Shown here: one piece after another, positions 25,855-34,671 of the stretch
Numbering within the stretch: the stretch's first letter is position 1
Layout: each line of letters begins with the position of its first letter
From: Myxococcota bacterium
Lineage (GTDB): Bacteria > Myxococcota_A > Polyangia > Nannocystales > Nannocystaceae
Assembly: GCA_039028615.1 (NCBI GenBank)
Contig: JBCCHT010000072.1
Location: 1-34,671 of the forward strand
Direction: 5' to 3'
DNA length: 34,671 nt
Notes under the pieces: model-generated
Told to the model about the DNA's origin: nothing
Database searches by the model: none
Seen by the model: only the letters and a program-made list of their open reading frames with translations
Position numbers and translations under genes: made by a program

Positions 25855-27675
25855 TTGATGGTCGCGGTCGCGACCCACCTGCCCGTAAACTCTGTGTCGA
25901 TGGCCGACTGGGCCTCGCTTCGCAACTACTACGCGATCCAAAACGTGATCGCCATGCGCCCGCGCCTTCCCTTCTGGGTGATCAGGTCGCGCGGCGGCGC
26001 GGCGCTCGATTGGATGGAGCTTTCCGATCCCCAGCCGGGGGTGATGCCCTTCCACTTCGAGATCTTCTTCGGCAAGGAAGACGCGCGCGATCGCTACTAC
26101 ACCGAGTCGCTGGAGATCGCCGCCAAAGAGGGGCCGATCTGTCGCGAGCTGTTCGGCTTCGCCGACCTGTTCTACCCGATGGGGGACTCGCACTTCCTGT
26201 ACACGGGGCAGTTCCTCAGCGAGCCGCTCACGTGGGAGGGCGCGTGCGAGCGCTGGCGCAAGCTGACCGGGCAAGAGCCCGCGAGTCAGAACCCCGACTT
26301 CTCGCGATTCGTTCGCATGGCGCTGACCCGACCGGTGCTCGACCCCGAGCTGCTCGACGCCACGCGCTCGTTCATGGCCGAGATGTCGCGCTTCCTCGCG
26401 GGGGAGCGAGACACCGACATCGCCGAGCGCATCGACGCGCTCAACCGCGACGTGCTCGACGTGCGCTGGCCGATCGAGGACTGGGTGGCCTCGTCCGTCT
26501 CCGCCGACAAGCTCCAGCCCGCGCCCTGGTACTTCGATGGCGAGCTCACCGACTGGCTCGCCGAGGGCATGGGCATCCGTCGCCTGCCCACCACCGCGTT
26601 CGTGCTCATGCCGCTCGATCCACCCGGAGAGGTCGTCGATCCGGTCGAGGCCTTGGTGCGCAACGTCGCCGTGCAGCGGGCGTGCATCGTGTGGGCCCGC
26701 GAGCTGCCGAATACCGCGGCCACGCGCCTGGCCGACTACGCCGTCTCGTTCATCACCTCGCCGCGCCCCGGGGTGGGCGACGCCGCGGCCCGGGTCGAGC
26801 TGCGTGAGCAAGCCGAGCAAGCAGCCGAGATGGTCTACGAGCGCTTCGGACTGCGCTCCGCGGTGGGCATCGGGCAGACCATGCCTACCGGCTCCCGCCT
26901 CACCGAGAGCCACCGCGACGCCGTGCTCGCCCTGCACATGGCGATTCAGCTCGATCGCGACATCCTGTTCCACGACGAGCACGAGGGCACCGCCGCCACC
27001 TCTTATGTCGAGGTCCAGCGCGCCAAGGTCGACCTGCTCGCCGCGTTCGACAAAGAGAGCGCCACCGAGATCAAGCTCGCCTCCGATCGTTTCGTCGGCG
27101 TCGTGCTGACCTACGCCGACGAGCGCCTCGAGGTCGTGCGCAGCCACTTCCTCGCCACCTTGTTCGACGTGCTCGCGTCGATCGAGCGCCGCCACCCGCT
27201 GCGCCGTGACGCCCGCGACAGCTTCGCCGCCGAACTCGCGGCCGAGGTCGAGCTGGCGCCCTCGCTATACAAGGCCATCGACGGCTTCAAGCAGGCCCTG
27301 CCCCGCTTGTCCTTCATCGCCAGCAAGTCGCTCGCCGGCCCCAAGTCGCTACGGCTTCAGGCCACGCTCGAGTACATCCAAAAGTCTTTTGAAGAGCCGC
27401 TGCGCCTGCCCGAGGTCGCCAAGAAGGCCGGCTTCTCCGTGCCCGCGTTCTCGCGTGCGTTCAAAGAAGCCACGGGCACCTCGTTCCTCGCCTACGTTCG
27501 CTCGGTTCGGGTCGACCACGCCAAGAAGCTGCTCACCACGACGCCCATGACCACCGAGCAGGTCGCCCAGGCGTGCGGCTTCCAGTCGTCGCACCACCTG
27601 ATCCGCTCGTTCAAGCGCGTCACGAGCAAGACCCCCGGCGTCTGGCGCAGCGAAAACCGCAGCGGCAAGCGCTGA
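25855..27675 (+). CDS. AraC-family transcriptional regulator with a large N-terminal (PocR-like) sensor region
   Basis: C-terminal EYIQKSFEEPLRLPEVAKKAGFS...FSRAFK...AKKLL...VAQACGF...FKRVTSKTPGVWR; N-terminal GFADLFYPM...LYTGQF. Start uncertain (25855-25900). Confidence 0.9.
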   Translation: MMVAVATHLPVNSVSMADWASLRNYYAIQNVIAMRPRLPFWVIRSRGGAALDWMELSDPQPGVMPFHFEIFFGKEDARDRYYTESLEIAAKEGPICRELFGFADLFYPMGDSHFLYTGQFLSEPLTWEGACERWRKLTGQEPASQNPDFSRFVRMALTRPVLDPELLDATRSFMAEMSRFLAGERDTDIAERIDALNRDVLDVRWPIEDWVASSVSADKLQPAPWYFDGELTDWLAEGMGIRRLPTTAFVLMPLDPPGEVVDPVEALVRNVAVQRACIVWARELPNTAATRLADYAVSFITSPRPGVGDAAARVELREQAEQAAEMVYERFGLRSAVGIGQTMPTGSRLTESHRDAVLALHMAIQLDRDILFHDEHEGTAATSYVEVQRAKVDLLAAFDKESATEIKLASDRFVGVVLTYADERLEVVRSHFLATLFDVLASIERRHPLRRDARDSFAAELAAEVELAPSLYKAIDGFKQALPRLSFIASKSLAGPKSLRLQATLEYIQKSFEEPLRLPEVAKKAGFSVPAFSRAFKEATGTSFLAYVRSVRVDHAKKLLTTTPMTTEQVAQACGFQSSHHLIRSFKRVTSKTPGVWRSENRSGKR

Positions 27676-27686
27676 GCCCGGACCGC

Positions 27687-29156
27687 TCAGCAGGCCGGGT
27701 CGCCCGGGTCGCACTCGACGACCACGAACACGAACTCGCCGGTCAGCGGCACGCCGTCGTCGACCCAGGTGTCGAGCGCGAAGTGGTAGCTGCCCGGTTC
27801 CACGGTGGTCTCGATGCGATGATTACCGCGAGCGATGCAGCCCTGTCCGGTGGCGCTGTCGTCCACGAGGTGCAGGTCGATGTCGGTGCCGTCTTCGTCG
27901 AGCACCAGGGCCCGAATGGCGGTCGTCTTCTCGACCTCGAAGCGGTACCACAGCTCGGGTCCCGACTCGTCGGCATCGTCGCAGGGCTCGTAGACGTCGA
28001 CCATCGACTCGCCCTGCGTGGCCGTGCTGCGCACGTCGTTGAAGGGCAGGCTCTCGATGACCCACGGGTCGCGCGAGGTCCCGGTGCCCGCGAGCGGTTC
28101 CATGGGCGGGTCGATGCCCGGCTCGTCGTCGATGAGCACCTGCACCGTACGATCGAGCACCTCCAGCGCGATCAGGTTGCGGATGTTGTAGCCGTGCTGC
28201 AGACCCATCTCATCGAGCACACATGCGCCGCCCGGATACGCCTCGAGGTGCAGCCCATCGCCCGCCAATCCGTTGCCGGGCAGCGGATCGATCGCGTGAT
28301 ACATGTCGACGAAGGGCACCTGACGCGACTGCGCAATGCCTCGCAGGGCCGTGTTCCAGGCCTGGACCCAGCGCTGAGCCGACGACAGGTCGCCGCGGCG
28401 CGTGATCCCGAAGACGATGGGCACCACGCCCTGCTCGATCAACCCGTCGAGCATGACCGTCATGTTGTCGTGGAAGTAGTTGAGCGCGTCGCCGTAGGTC
28501 TGCCCCCAGCCCATGTCGTTGGTGCCCCAGTGCACCAGGGCCAGCGCGGGCGAGATTGCGGTGCGCTCGATCTCGATGGGCGACGGGTCGCCCGAGATGG
28601 CCCAGCCGGCGTGGTGGCCCACGCGGGCGGCCTCGGTCTCGCGATCGAAGGGGGTCGTGCCCGCGGCGTCGCCCGCCAAGAAGAAATCGAGCGACGACTG
28701 CAGGTGATCGTTGGCGCCGAGCTCGATGGGATCGTCGACGAAGCAGTGCAGCGTGTTGCTGCTGACCGTGCTCGAGGCACCGATTTTCATGAACACGTCG
28801 TCGAAGCCATCGCCCTGCTCCACGATGTCGTGCAGGTGGTTCGCGACGTAAGGCGTGATGGGAGAGTGGGTCTGGCCCGCGGGGTAGCGCACGGGGCCGT
28901 CGGGCTCCGGCTCGGGTTCGGGCTCCATCGGATCGCCGGTCGAGCCCGTGTCGTCGAGCGGACCCTCGGTGGTCTCGCCCGTCGTCTCGTCTCCGTCGGC
29001 GGCCTCGGTGGAACTGCCGTCGTCGCTCGAGCTCGCGGTGGAGCTCGCCACCGTCTCCCACGCCTCACCGCTCGGGCCGTCGTCGGTGCACGCCAACGAC
29101 GACACCGATGCCAACAGCACGCCAAAGGCCGAGCCGAGTTCACGACGAAGCACCAT
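27687..29156 (-). CDS. SGNH/GDSL hydrolase-family lipoprotein with a C-terminal beta-sandwich domain
   Basis: Signal ending SLAC; block I KIGASST, block III WGTND, block V DGLH; GPELWYRF...DIDLHL C-terminal domain. Confidence 0.82.
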   Translation of the reverse strand: MVLRRELGSAFGVLLASVSSLACTDDGPSGEAWETVASSTASSSDDGSSTEAADGDETTGETTEGPLDDTGSTGDPMEPEPEPEPDGPVRYPAGQTHSPITPYVANHLHDIVEQGDGFDDVFMKIGASSTVSSNTLHCFVDDPIELGANDHLQSSLDFFLAGDAAGTTPFDRETEAARVGHHAGWAISGDPSPIEIERTAISPALALVHWGTNDMGWGQTYGDALNYFHDNMTVMLDGLIEQGVVPIVFGITRRGDLSSAQRWVQAWNTALRGIAQSRQVPFVDMYHAIDPLPGNGLAGDGLHLEAYPGGACVLDEMGLQHGYNIRNLIALEVLDRTVQVLIDDEPGIDPPMEPLAGTGTSRDPWVIESLPFNDVRSTATQGESMVDVYEPCDDADESGPELWYRFEVEKTTAIRALVLDEDGTDIDLHLVDDSATGQGCIARGNHRIETTVEPGSYHFALDTWVDDGVPLTGEFVFVVVECDPGDPAC

Positions 29157-29385
29157 CCGCCGGAGTGTACGCCCGCGGCAGGAGCGCCAAAACCTGAAAC
29201 GAACGGCCAGAGCGCGTCTCATGGCCTCCCGTGTCATCCGGTGCGGCGCTACGCGGCGGTCGACGGTCGTTTTTTCTGAATGGACCGACAGGGGCTGGGT
29301 ACAGCCTCACCCGAAGACGCCATCACGCCACCGCCGACGTATCGCGAGGTGGGGGCACGGTGGCTGCCATTGAGGAGAATCACCC

Positions 29386-30345
29386 ATGAATGGAACGAAG
29401 ATCGCTGGTTTGACCGTCTCGATCGCCGCCTTATCTGCGGTGCTGGGCGGGTGCGACCTGCAGGCCGAATCAGAGCTTGCCTCAGAGCAGACCGAGTATC
29501 GCTACATCCCGACCTATGAAGATGCGTGCGTGCTCGAGGACAAGGCGAAGCAGCTCGAGGTTCGCGAGTACTTGGCGAACACGATGAACGACTATGAGTG
29601 GCGCGTCGCGACCACGATGGAGATGTGCGACGAGAACAGCTGCATGCCGTGCTCGACCGCAGACAACCCCATGCTGCAGGTGCTTCGGTCGACCGACGCG
29701 TGGGGCTCGGAAGGGCTGGGCATGGCGATGGCGGTGAGCGGAGGGGACTTCGTCGACGCCGACAACCCCGACGCGAGCCCGCTCGAGGTCTACTTCGCCC
29801 GCGCCTTGGCCTACCCGTGGGGACAACTGTTGTTGGGAACCCAGGCCGATGCATCCGGCACGACCACGCTGACCCTGGCGCAGGGGATCCACAAATGCGC
29901 GGACGGTACCTATGACTGCGCGGACTATCACGTGGCGGTCGAGTCCCTGGATGCGAGCTGCGAGTCGATGGCGATCACGATGCCGGTCACGCTGGGCAAC
30001 GACGGGAGCCTGTCGACGCAGGCGCCCAGCCCGGGTGCATTCGGATTCCAGGTGCCGCTTTCGGCGGAACTCCCCCCGCCCTCGTCCTTCGAGGACGTGC
30101 CTCACCTCGAGGCGTGGCTCCAAGAGATCGATCGACTGAAGGTCGAGATGGCCGACGTGCGGATCGACTGGAGCGTATCGGCCGACGGTGGGGTCTGTGC
30201 CACCGTCCACGGCACCGTGGACGCGGATGCCTTCGATTCCATCTCTGCCACCCCCACCGCCGTCGACGCTCATGCGAACGCCGACGGGCGGATTCCCACC
30301 GTGCTCAGCCTTCAGCTCACCCCCGCCGCCGTCGATGCCGGCTGA
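29386..30345 (+). CDS. Hypothetical lipoprotein
   Basis: GAGGAG RBS, lipobox LGGC, 319 aa with several Cys. Confidence 0.75.
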   Translation: MNGTKIAGLTVSIAALSAVLGGCDLQAESELASEQTEYRYIPTYEDACVLEDKAKQLEVREYLANTMNDYEWRVATTMEMCDENSCMPCSTADNPMLQVLRSTDAWGSEGLGMAMAVSGGDFVDADNPDASPLEVYFARALAYPWGQLLLGTQADASGTTTLTLAQGIHKCADGTYDCADYHVAVESLDASCESMAITMPVTLGNDGSLSTQAPSPGAFGFQVPLSAELPPPSSFEDVPHLEAWLQEIDRLKVEMADVRIDWSVSADGGVCATVHGTVDADAFDSISATPTAVDAHANADGRIPTVLSLQLTPAAVDAG

Positions 30346-30358
30346 TTGGAACATTCCG

Positions 30359-30787
30359 ATGTCACTTCAGAAAACCATCCTCACTTGTGGTCTCGTCGTG
30401 CTCGGTGCCCTCGGCATCGGCTGTGGCAGTAACGGGAGCCTCGACACCCCCGCGATCGGCGGGGTCCTCGAGTACGGCGTCGTATTCATGGATAATGGTC
30501 AGCACGTTCAGTACTACGGAGAGACGGAGTACACCATCACGTCCTACTGCGTCGGGGCGACCAAGACGAGAGTCGAGCGTGACTCGGATCCGGCCGCGGT
30601 GTGGTTCGACTTCGAGATCGAGTACGGGCCTCACGACGAGGTGGACACGGTGACGCTCAGGCCCGAGCAGGACGGACCGTGGTCGGCACGGGTCGGGCTG
30701 TACTGTGAAAAGTCGACGGGCGAGACGAGCCCGTCGCGTTTCATGAACGTCTGCTACATGGGCCCCTGCTCGACCGGAAACAAGTAG
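30359..30787 (+). CDS. Hypothetical small lipoprotein
   Basis: Signal ending GIGC, beta-rich with 4 further Cys; ATG 13 nt after the upstream stop. Confidence 0.7.
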   Translation: MSLQKTILTCGLVVLGALGIGCGSNGSLDTPAIGGVLEYGVVFMDNGQHVQYYGETEYTITSYCVGATKTRVERDSDPAAVWFDFEIEYGPHDEVDTVTLRPEQDGPWSARVGLYCEKSTGETSPSRFMNVCYMGPCSTGNK

Positions 30788-30816
30788 CGAGCCCGAAGCG
30801 AACGCCCCCGGGTCTC

Positions 30817-31521
30817 CTAGTCGGAGCTCGGGGGCAGCTCGAGGCTCAGCCAGTCGAAGGCCCCGCGCAGGGCCTGCCGACCGCCGCGCTCGATGACGTC
30901 GCCGTGCGCCATGATCATGCGGTCGAAGTCCCACCCGGCCAGCGCGGCGACCTCTTTGCGGGCCGCGTCGCGACGGAAGGTCAGGCGCTCGAGCACGGTG
31001 GTGCGGCACCCCGGGTAGCCCCCCATGCAGCGCATGGCGAAGCGCGTGAACCAGGGCGCAGCAGCGGAGAAGTTGAAGAGCAGATCGCACACGATGAGCG
31101 TGCGGCTCGGCCGATGCAACACCGCGACCTCGTTGGTCTGGGCCGAGCAGGTCATGGGCATGACCTCGATCTCGTCGCCGAAGGGATGCGAGGTCGAGTC
31201 GAGCACGCCCGCGAAGTCGAGGTCGGAGCGTTTTTCGGGCAGGCCCGGCGCCCCCCAAGCCTCGAGCCCCGCGTCGACCCACGGCCCCACGTAAAGGTGA
31301 TGCAGCAGGTTGGGCGCGATGACCCACCGCGGCGTGCCCAGGTGCGCCACGCTCTTCGGATCGATGGCCACGGGCGAGTGGACGAGCAGCCCCCCTTCGA
31401 GCTCGAGGACCGTCATGCGAGCGCCGACTTCGATGCCGAAGAAGCGCTGGTGGGCCTCGGTGACGTGGACCCCGGGGGCGATGGTTCTCAGCGGTGCAGG
31501 TGAAGACTTGCGGCTGGTCAC
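30817..31521 (-). CDS. DUF4336 family (metallo-beta-lactamase-like) protein
   Basis: RMTVLEL..GLLVHSPV, APNLLHHLY, EVAVLHRPSRTLIVCDL and WDFDRMIMAHG motifs; start estimated. Confidence 0.85.
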   Translation of the reverse strand: MTSRKSSPAPLRTIAPGVHVTEAHQRFFGIEVGARMTVLELEGGLLVHSPVAIDPKSVAHLGTPRWVIAPNLLHHLYVGPWVDAGLEAWGAPGLPEKRSDLDFAGVLDSTSHPFGDEIEVMPMTCSAQTNEVAVLHRPSRTLIVCDLLFNFSAAAPWFTRFAMRCMGGYPGCRTTVLERLTFRRDAARKEVAALAGWDFDRMIMAHGDVIERGGRQALRGAFDWLSLELPPSSD

Positions 31522-31716
31522 GGTGGCTTTCGAGCGGGAGTATGCGCCACGGATCCGGCCCGTGCCACCGCGTTTCTCCAGCCGATCGGCCGCCTCACAT
31601 CGGGCATGGGAATGATGCGCGACCTTCGCTGTTGAGGCGACCGAATCGCCCTTCCTGGCCGCGTCAGAATCTGCCACCGTCACGACGAAGCACCATCGAG
31701 TTCTCCCACTCCCTGC

Positions 31717-33312
31717 ATGCAATCCGCCACCCCATCCAACACGTTCCTCGAGGCCGCTTCCGCCCTCGGCCTCCTCAATCTCGGCGTCCTCGCCATGGTT
31801 TTTTTCGACGGCCGGCCGGAGGCCGCGGGCTCCGTCGTCTGTGGCTACGCGCTGGTTCGCCTATGGCGAATGGACCTCGGATTCAGTCCGAAGTCACGGC
31901 GCGCGCTCGGGTTCCTGATCTTCATGAGCCTGGTGGCCGCCCTGGTGGCCGCCTTCGGCGGACCGCAGGAAGGCGCCTCCACGATGAGGCGATTGTCGAG
32001 CTACTCGATGCCGTTCGCCTGCATGGCCTTTTGCACGGTCATGGGCGAACTGGCCTCACTCGGTGGCCTGCCCATCCTCGGACGCAAGTGGAGGTCGCTA
32101 CGGCAGTGGCAGTTGGGACTGCTCGGAGGCATGGCGGTGGTGGTCGGGCTGTTCATGGTACTGCCACCCGCACCGGCCCCGTTCGTCGGAACGCTCGGGT
32201 CGCTGACCTGGGGGGTCGACAACGCCATGGGGGTGGAAGAAGCCGCGCCCTGGTCTCTGGCGTTGTCGATCATGGTGCTCGTGATCTACGGATTGCTTCG
32301 GTTCTGCCTCAACCCGTGGCTGTTGCTGATCGAGACGTGGCGCCGACTCAAGGCGCAGCACGGCCCCGAGCCTCGCTCGGACGATCGTAGTCACGACTCG
32401 AAGCCGATGTCCGAGTGGCGCCGAAACGTCCGGTGGTTCGTCGCCACGGTCGCCGTGGGGTCGAGCGTCGTGTGGGCCCTCGGGTGGCTGTGGGCACTGG
32501 CGGACGTCCCCCGACGGCCCTCGCTGGTCACCGTCTCCGCGGGCACGTTCTCGATGGGCAGCCCCGACTCCGAGTCCCTCCGCAAGGACGACGAGCAACA
32601 GCACGAAGTCACGCTCACCCACGAGTTTTCGATCTGCGAGACCGAGGTCACGCAAGCCCACTGGAGGGCGACGATGGGCCTCGCCTCCAGCCCCTGCAAC
32701 GCGCTGTGCCACACCACGGTCGGCGAGGAGCCCTCTTGCGAGGAAAACTGCGAAGGTGATTTACCTGCGGTCGTGTCGTGGGATCAGTCGGTTCGGTATC
32801 TCAATGCTCTTTCGCAGTTCGAGGGGCTGTCGGTCTGCTACGAATGGGTGAACGGCGAATGGGAGTGGGACCGCAGCTGTGACGGCTATCGATTCCCCAC
32901 GGAAGCCGAGTGGGAGTACGCCGCACGGGCTGGACGGGAGCGCACGCCCGACCTGGACGAGATCGGACGCCAGGGGTGGCACTCGAAGAACTCGTTCGGA
33001 CGCTTGCACCCGGTAGGTGAGAAGGAACCCAATGCCTGGGGCCTGCACGACACACTCGGCAATGTGCACGAGTGGGTGTGGGACTGGTACGCGCCTCACC
33101 CCTCGGGGTCCGCGACGAACCCCACGGGACCGAGCGACGGTGAGCACCGAGTCCTTCGCGGCGGCGGCATGGACTTCGTCCGGCTCGGCCTGCGGCTGGC
33201 CAATCGCACCGCTGCGAAGGATCCGCTGCTCATCAACGCCGGGCTCCGCTGCGCACGGGGGGCTCACCCCGCGCCCGCTCAGGGCCCGTCGAAGGCTCGC
33301 CCCGCCGCGTAG
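31717..33312 (+). CDS. Multi-pass membrane protein with a C-terminal formylglycine-generating-enzyme (FGE-sulfatase/SUMF1) domain
   Basis: Several hydrophobic helices, then GTFSMGSP, TEVTQ, YRFPTEAEWEYAAR, PNAWGLHDTLGNVHEWVWD, RVLRGG and GLRCAR. Confidence 0.85.
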   Translation: MQSATPSNTFLEAASALGLLNLGVLAMVFFDGRPEAAGSVVCGYALVRLWRMDLGFSPKSRRALGFLIFMSLVAALVAAFGGPQEGASTMRRLSSYSMPFACMAFCTVMGELASLGGLPILGRKWRSLRQWQLGLLGGMAVVVGLFMVLPPAPAPFVGTLGSLTWGVDNAMGVEEAAPWSLALSIMVLVIYGLLRFCLNPWLLLIETWRRLKAQHGPEPRSDDRSHDSKPMSEWRRNVRWFVATVAVGSSVVWALGWLWALADVPRRPSLVTVSAGTFSMGSPDSESLRKDDEQQHEVTLTHEFSICETEVTQAHWRATMGLASSPCNALCHTTVGEEPSCEENCEGDLPAVVSWDQSVRYLNALSQFEGLSVCYEWVNGEWEWDRSCDGYRFPTEAEWEYAARAGRERTPDLDEIGRQGWHSKNSFGRLHPVGEKEPNAWGLHDTLGNVHEWVWDWYAPHPSGSATNPTGPSDGEHRVLRGGGMDFVRLGLRLANRTAAKDPLLINAGLRCARGAHPAPAQGPSKARPAA

Positions 33313-34670
33313 GACCCCTGCGGCTCTTCCAGGCCCTGGTCCCGTCGCTTCTTCCTGCGCCTTTTCGGGGGTTTGGTGGGCTCGGGCTTCGGAGGCTCGA
33401 CCAGAATCGCGGCGTCACCGAGACGCTCGGCCCCCTGCCGGGCTCGCGCGATCAAGGCCTCGTCGCCGAGCGTCGTGGCCAAGGCCTCTGCACTCGCGTA
33501 GTCCTCGGCCGCGGCCTTCGTCTGCCCGAGCGCGACCCGGGCTTCGGCCATCGCGAGCACGGCCGCGACCAAGGGCCGGCTGCTGCCCTGCACGTGCCGC
33601 GACAAGACCTCTCGGGCCCGCCGCTGCTGCTCGACCGCGTCGGCGTGTCGACCCGCCCGGGCATCGAGCAGGCCGAGGTTGTGCAGCACCAGCCCCTGGT
33701 CGGCGTGCTCACCCGCCTCGAAGATCTCCAGCGCGCGCCGATAGTGCGTGGTCGCGCGCTCCGGGTCATCGAGCCGGGCAAAGAGCAACCCGAGGCTGTT
33801 GTGCGTGCGGCCGACGTCCACGTGCTTGGGGCCATGCGCCGCCGTGCGGATGGCCAGCGCCATCTCGTAGTTCTCGAGCGCTCCGGCTGCATCCCCGCTG
33901 AGCAGCAGCACCCGCGCCACGTTGTGATGATGCCGCCCCACCGTGGGATGGCCTTGGCCGAGCACGACCAGGTCGATTGCCAGCGCCTGTCGATGGAAGT
34001 CGAGCGCCTCTTTGCGGCCTTCGCTGCGCGCCAAGTTGCCGAGGTTGGTCAAGACGCGAGCCACCTCGTGGTGCTCTTCCCCGTACAGCTCTCGCCGCAG
34101 CTCGAGCGCCCGCGAAAGCTCCGTCCGCGCGCGCTCGTACTCGCCGCGCTGCTCGTAGATGACGCCCAGGCCGTTGCGAAGCGTGGCCTCGAGCTCCTTG
34201 GGCATGCCGAGCCGAGACACCGCCGCTTCGCCGTGCCGCCCGAGGTGCGACGCCTCGTCCCAGCGACCGCGCTGACCGGCGATGCCCTGGAGCGCGAGCC
34301 AAGCTCGGGCCACCCCGGTGTCGTCTCGAGCGGCCTGCGCCGCCCACAGTGATTCGTAGGCGGCCTTCCGCGCGGCCACGAAGTCTCCCGTGCCCGTCTC
34401 GACCCGCGCCGCCAGCAGCTGAGCCTCGGCCAGCAACGGTCCGTGCCCGAGCCCGACCGCCGCCTCCACTCGGGAGCCGATCGCCGCCTTCGCGCGAGCG
34501 AACTGCCCGGTCGCCACCCAGGCCTCGACCTCGGCCAAGGCCGGGCCCTCCGCCTCGACGGCTTTTGCCATCGCCGGATCGACCGGAGCCTCGATCGCCT
34601 GTAGACCACGGGCATCCGAGCACTCGGCGATCGTGGGCAACGACGCCACCGCTTCGACCGCGTGCTCCAC
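33279..34670 (-). CDS. Tetratricopeptide-repeat protein, 5'-truncated by the window (probably the C-terminus of a Ser/Thr kinase-TPR protein)
   Basis: Kinesin-light-chain-like TPRs (ALELRRELYGEEHHEVARVLTNLG; HPTVGRHHHNVA; HVDVGRTHNSLG); ORF open at the window edge; kinase domain not visible. Confidence 0.8.
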   Translation of the reverse strand: MEHAVEAVASLPTIAECSDARGLQAIEAPVDPAMAKAVEAEGPALAEVEAWVATGQFARAKAAIGSRVEAAVGLGHGPLLAEAQLLAARVETGTGDFVAARKAAYESLWAAQAARDDTGVARAWLALQGIAGQRGRWDEASHLGRHGEAAVSRLGMPKELEATLRNGLGVIYEQRGEYERARTELSRALELRRELYGEEHHEVARVLTNLGNLARSEGRKEALDFHRQALAIDLVVLGQGHPTVGRHHHNVARVLLLSGDAAGALENYEMALAIRTAAHGPKHVDVGRTHNSLGLLFARLDDPERATTHYRRALEIFEAGEHADQGLVLHNLGLLDARAGRHADAVEQQRRAREVLSRHVQGSSRPLVAAVLAMAEARVALGQTKAAAEDYASAEALATTLGDEALIARARQGAERLGDAAILVEPPKPEPTKPPKRRRKKRRDQGLEEPQGSYAAGRAFDGP

Positions 34671-34671
34671 G

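Noticed and set aside
32500..33312. FGE domain as a diversity-generating retroelement target
   Set aside because: No reverse transcriptase and no template/variable repeat pair seen in the window.

Overview
High-GC, gene-dense bacterial DNA. The many lipoproteins with acidic Thr/Gly linkers, Cys-rich surface proteins, an FHA protein and a TPR-kinase-like tail suggest Myxococcota, probably Nannocystaceae-like (inferred from protein style, no database search). From left to right: (1) an sdpC-sdpA-sdpB-like peptide toxin cluster. (2) A minus-strand run of envelope genes, where a small lipoprotein duplicates the C-terminal domain of an FHA membrane protein. (3) A probable chitosan/glucosamine utilisation locus: GH9 exo-glucosaminidase-like, CE4 deacetylase, GH9 lipoprotein, SIS GlcN6P deaminase-like and a divergent GH8b enzyme. 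(4) A 1.1 kb non-coding gap with two 237-bp direct repeats carrying GTAG-type REP-like hairpins. (5) An atypical P450 divergent from a tandem-domain unknown protein coupled to a DyP peroxidase, followed by a CxxCxxC mini-ORF, a cytochrome P460-like lipoprotein and a PocR-like/AraC regulator. (6) An SGNH hydrolase, two orphan lipoproteins, DUF4336, a membrane FGE-domain protein and a TPR protein cut by the window edge. No rRNA, tRNA, CRISPR or transposase was seen. Family calls come from motif recognition, and start codons are best estimates.
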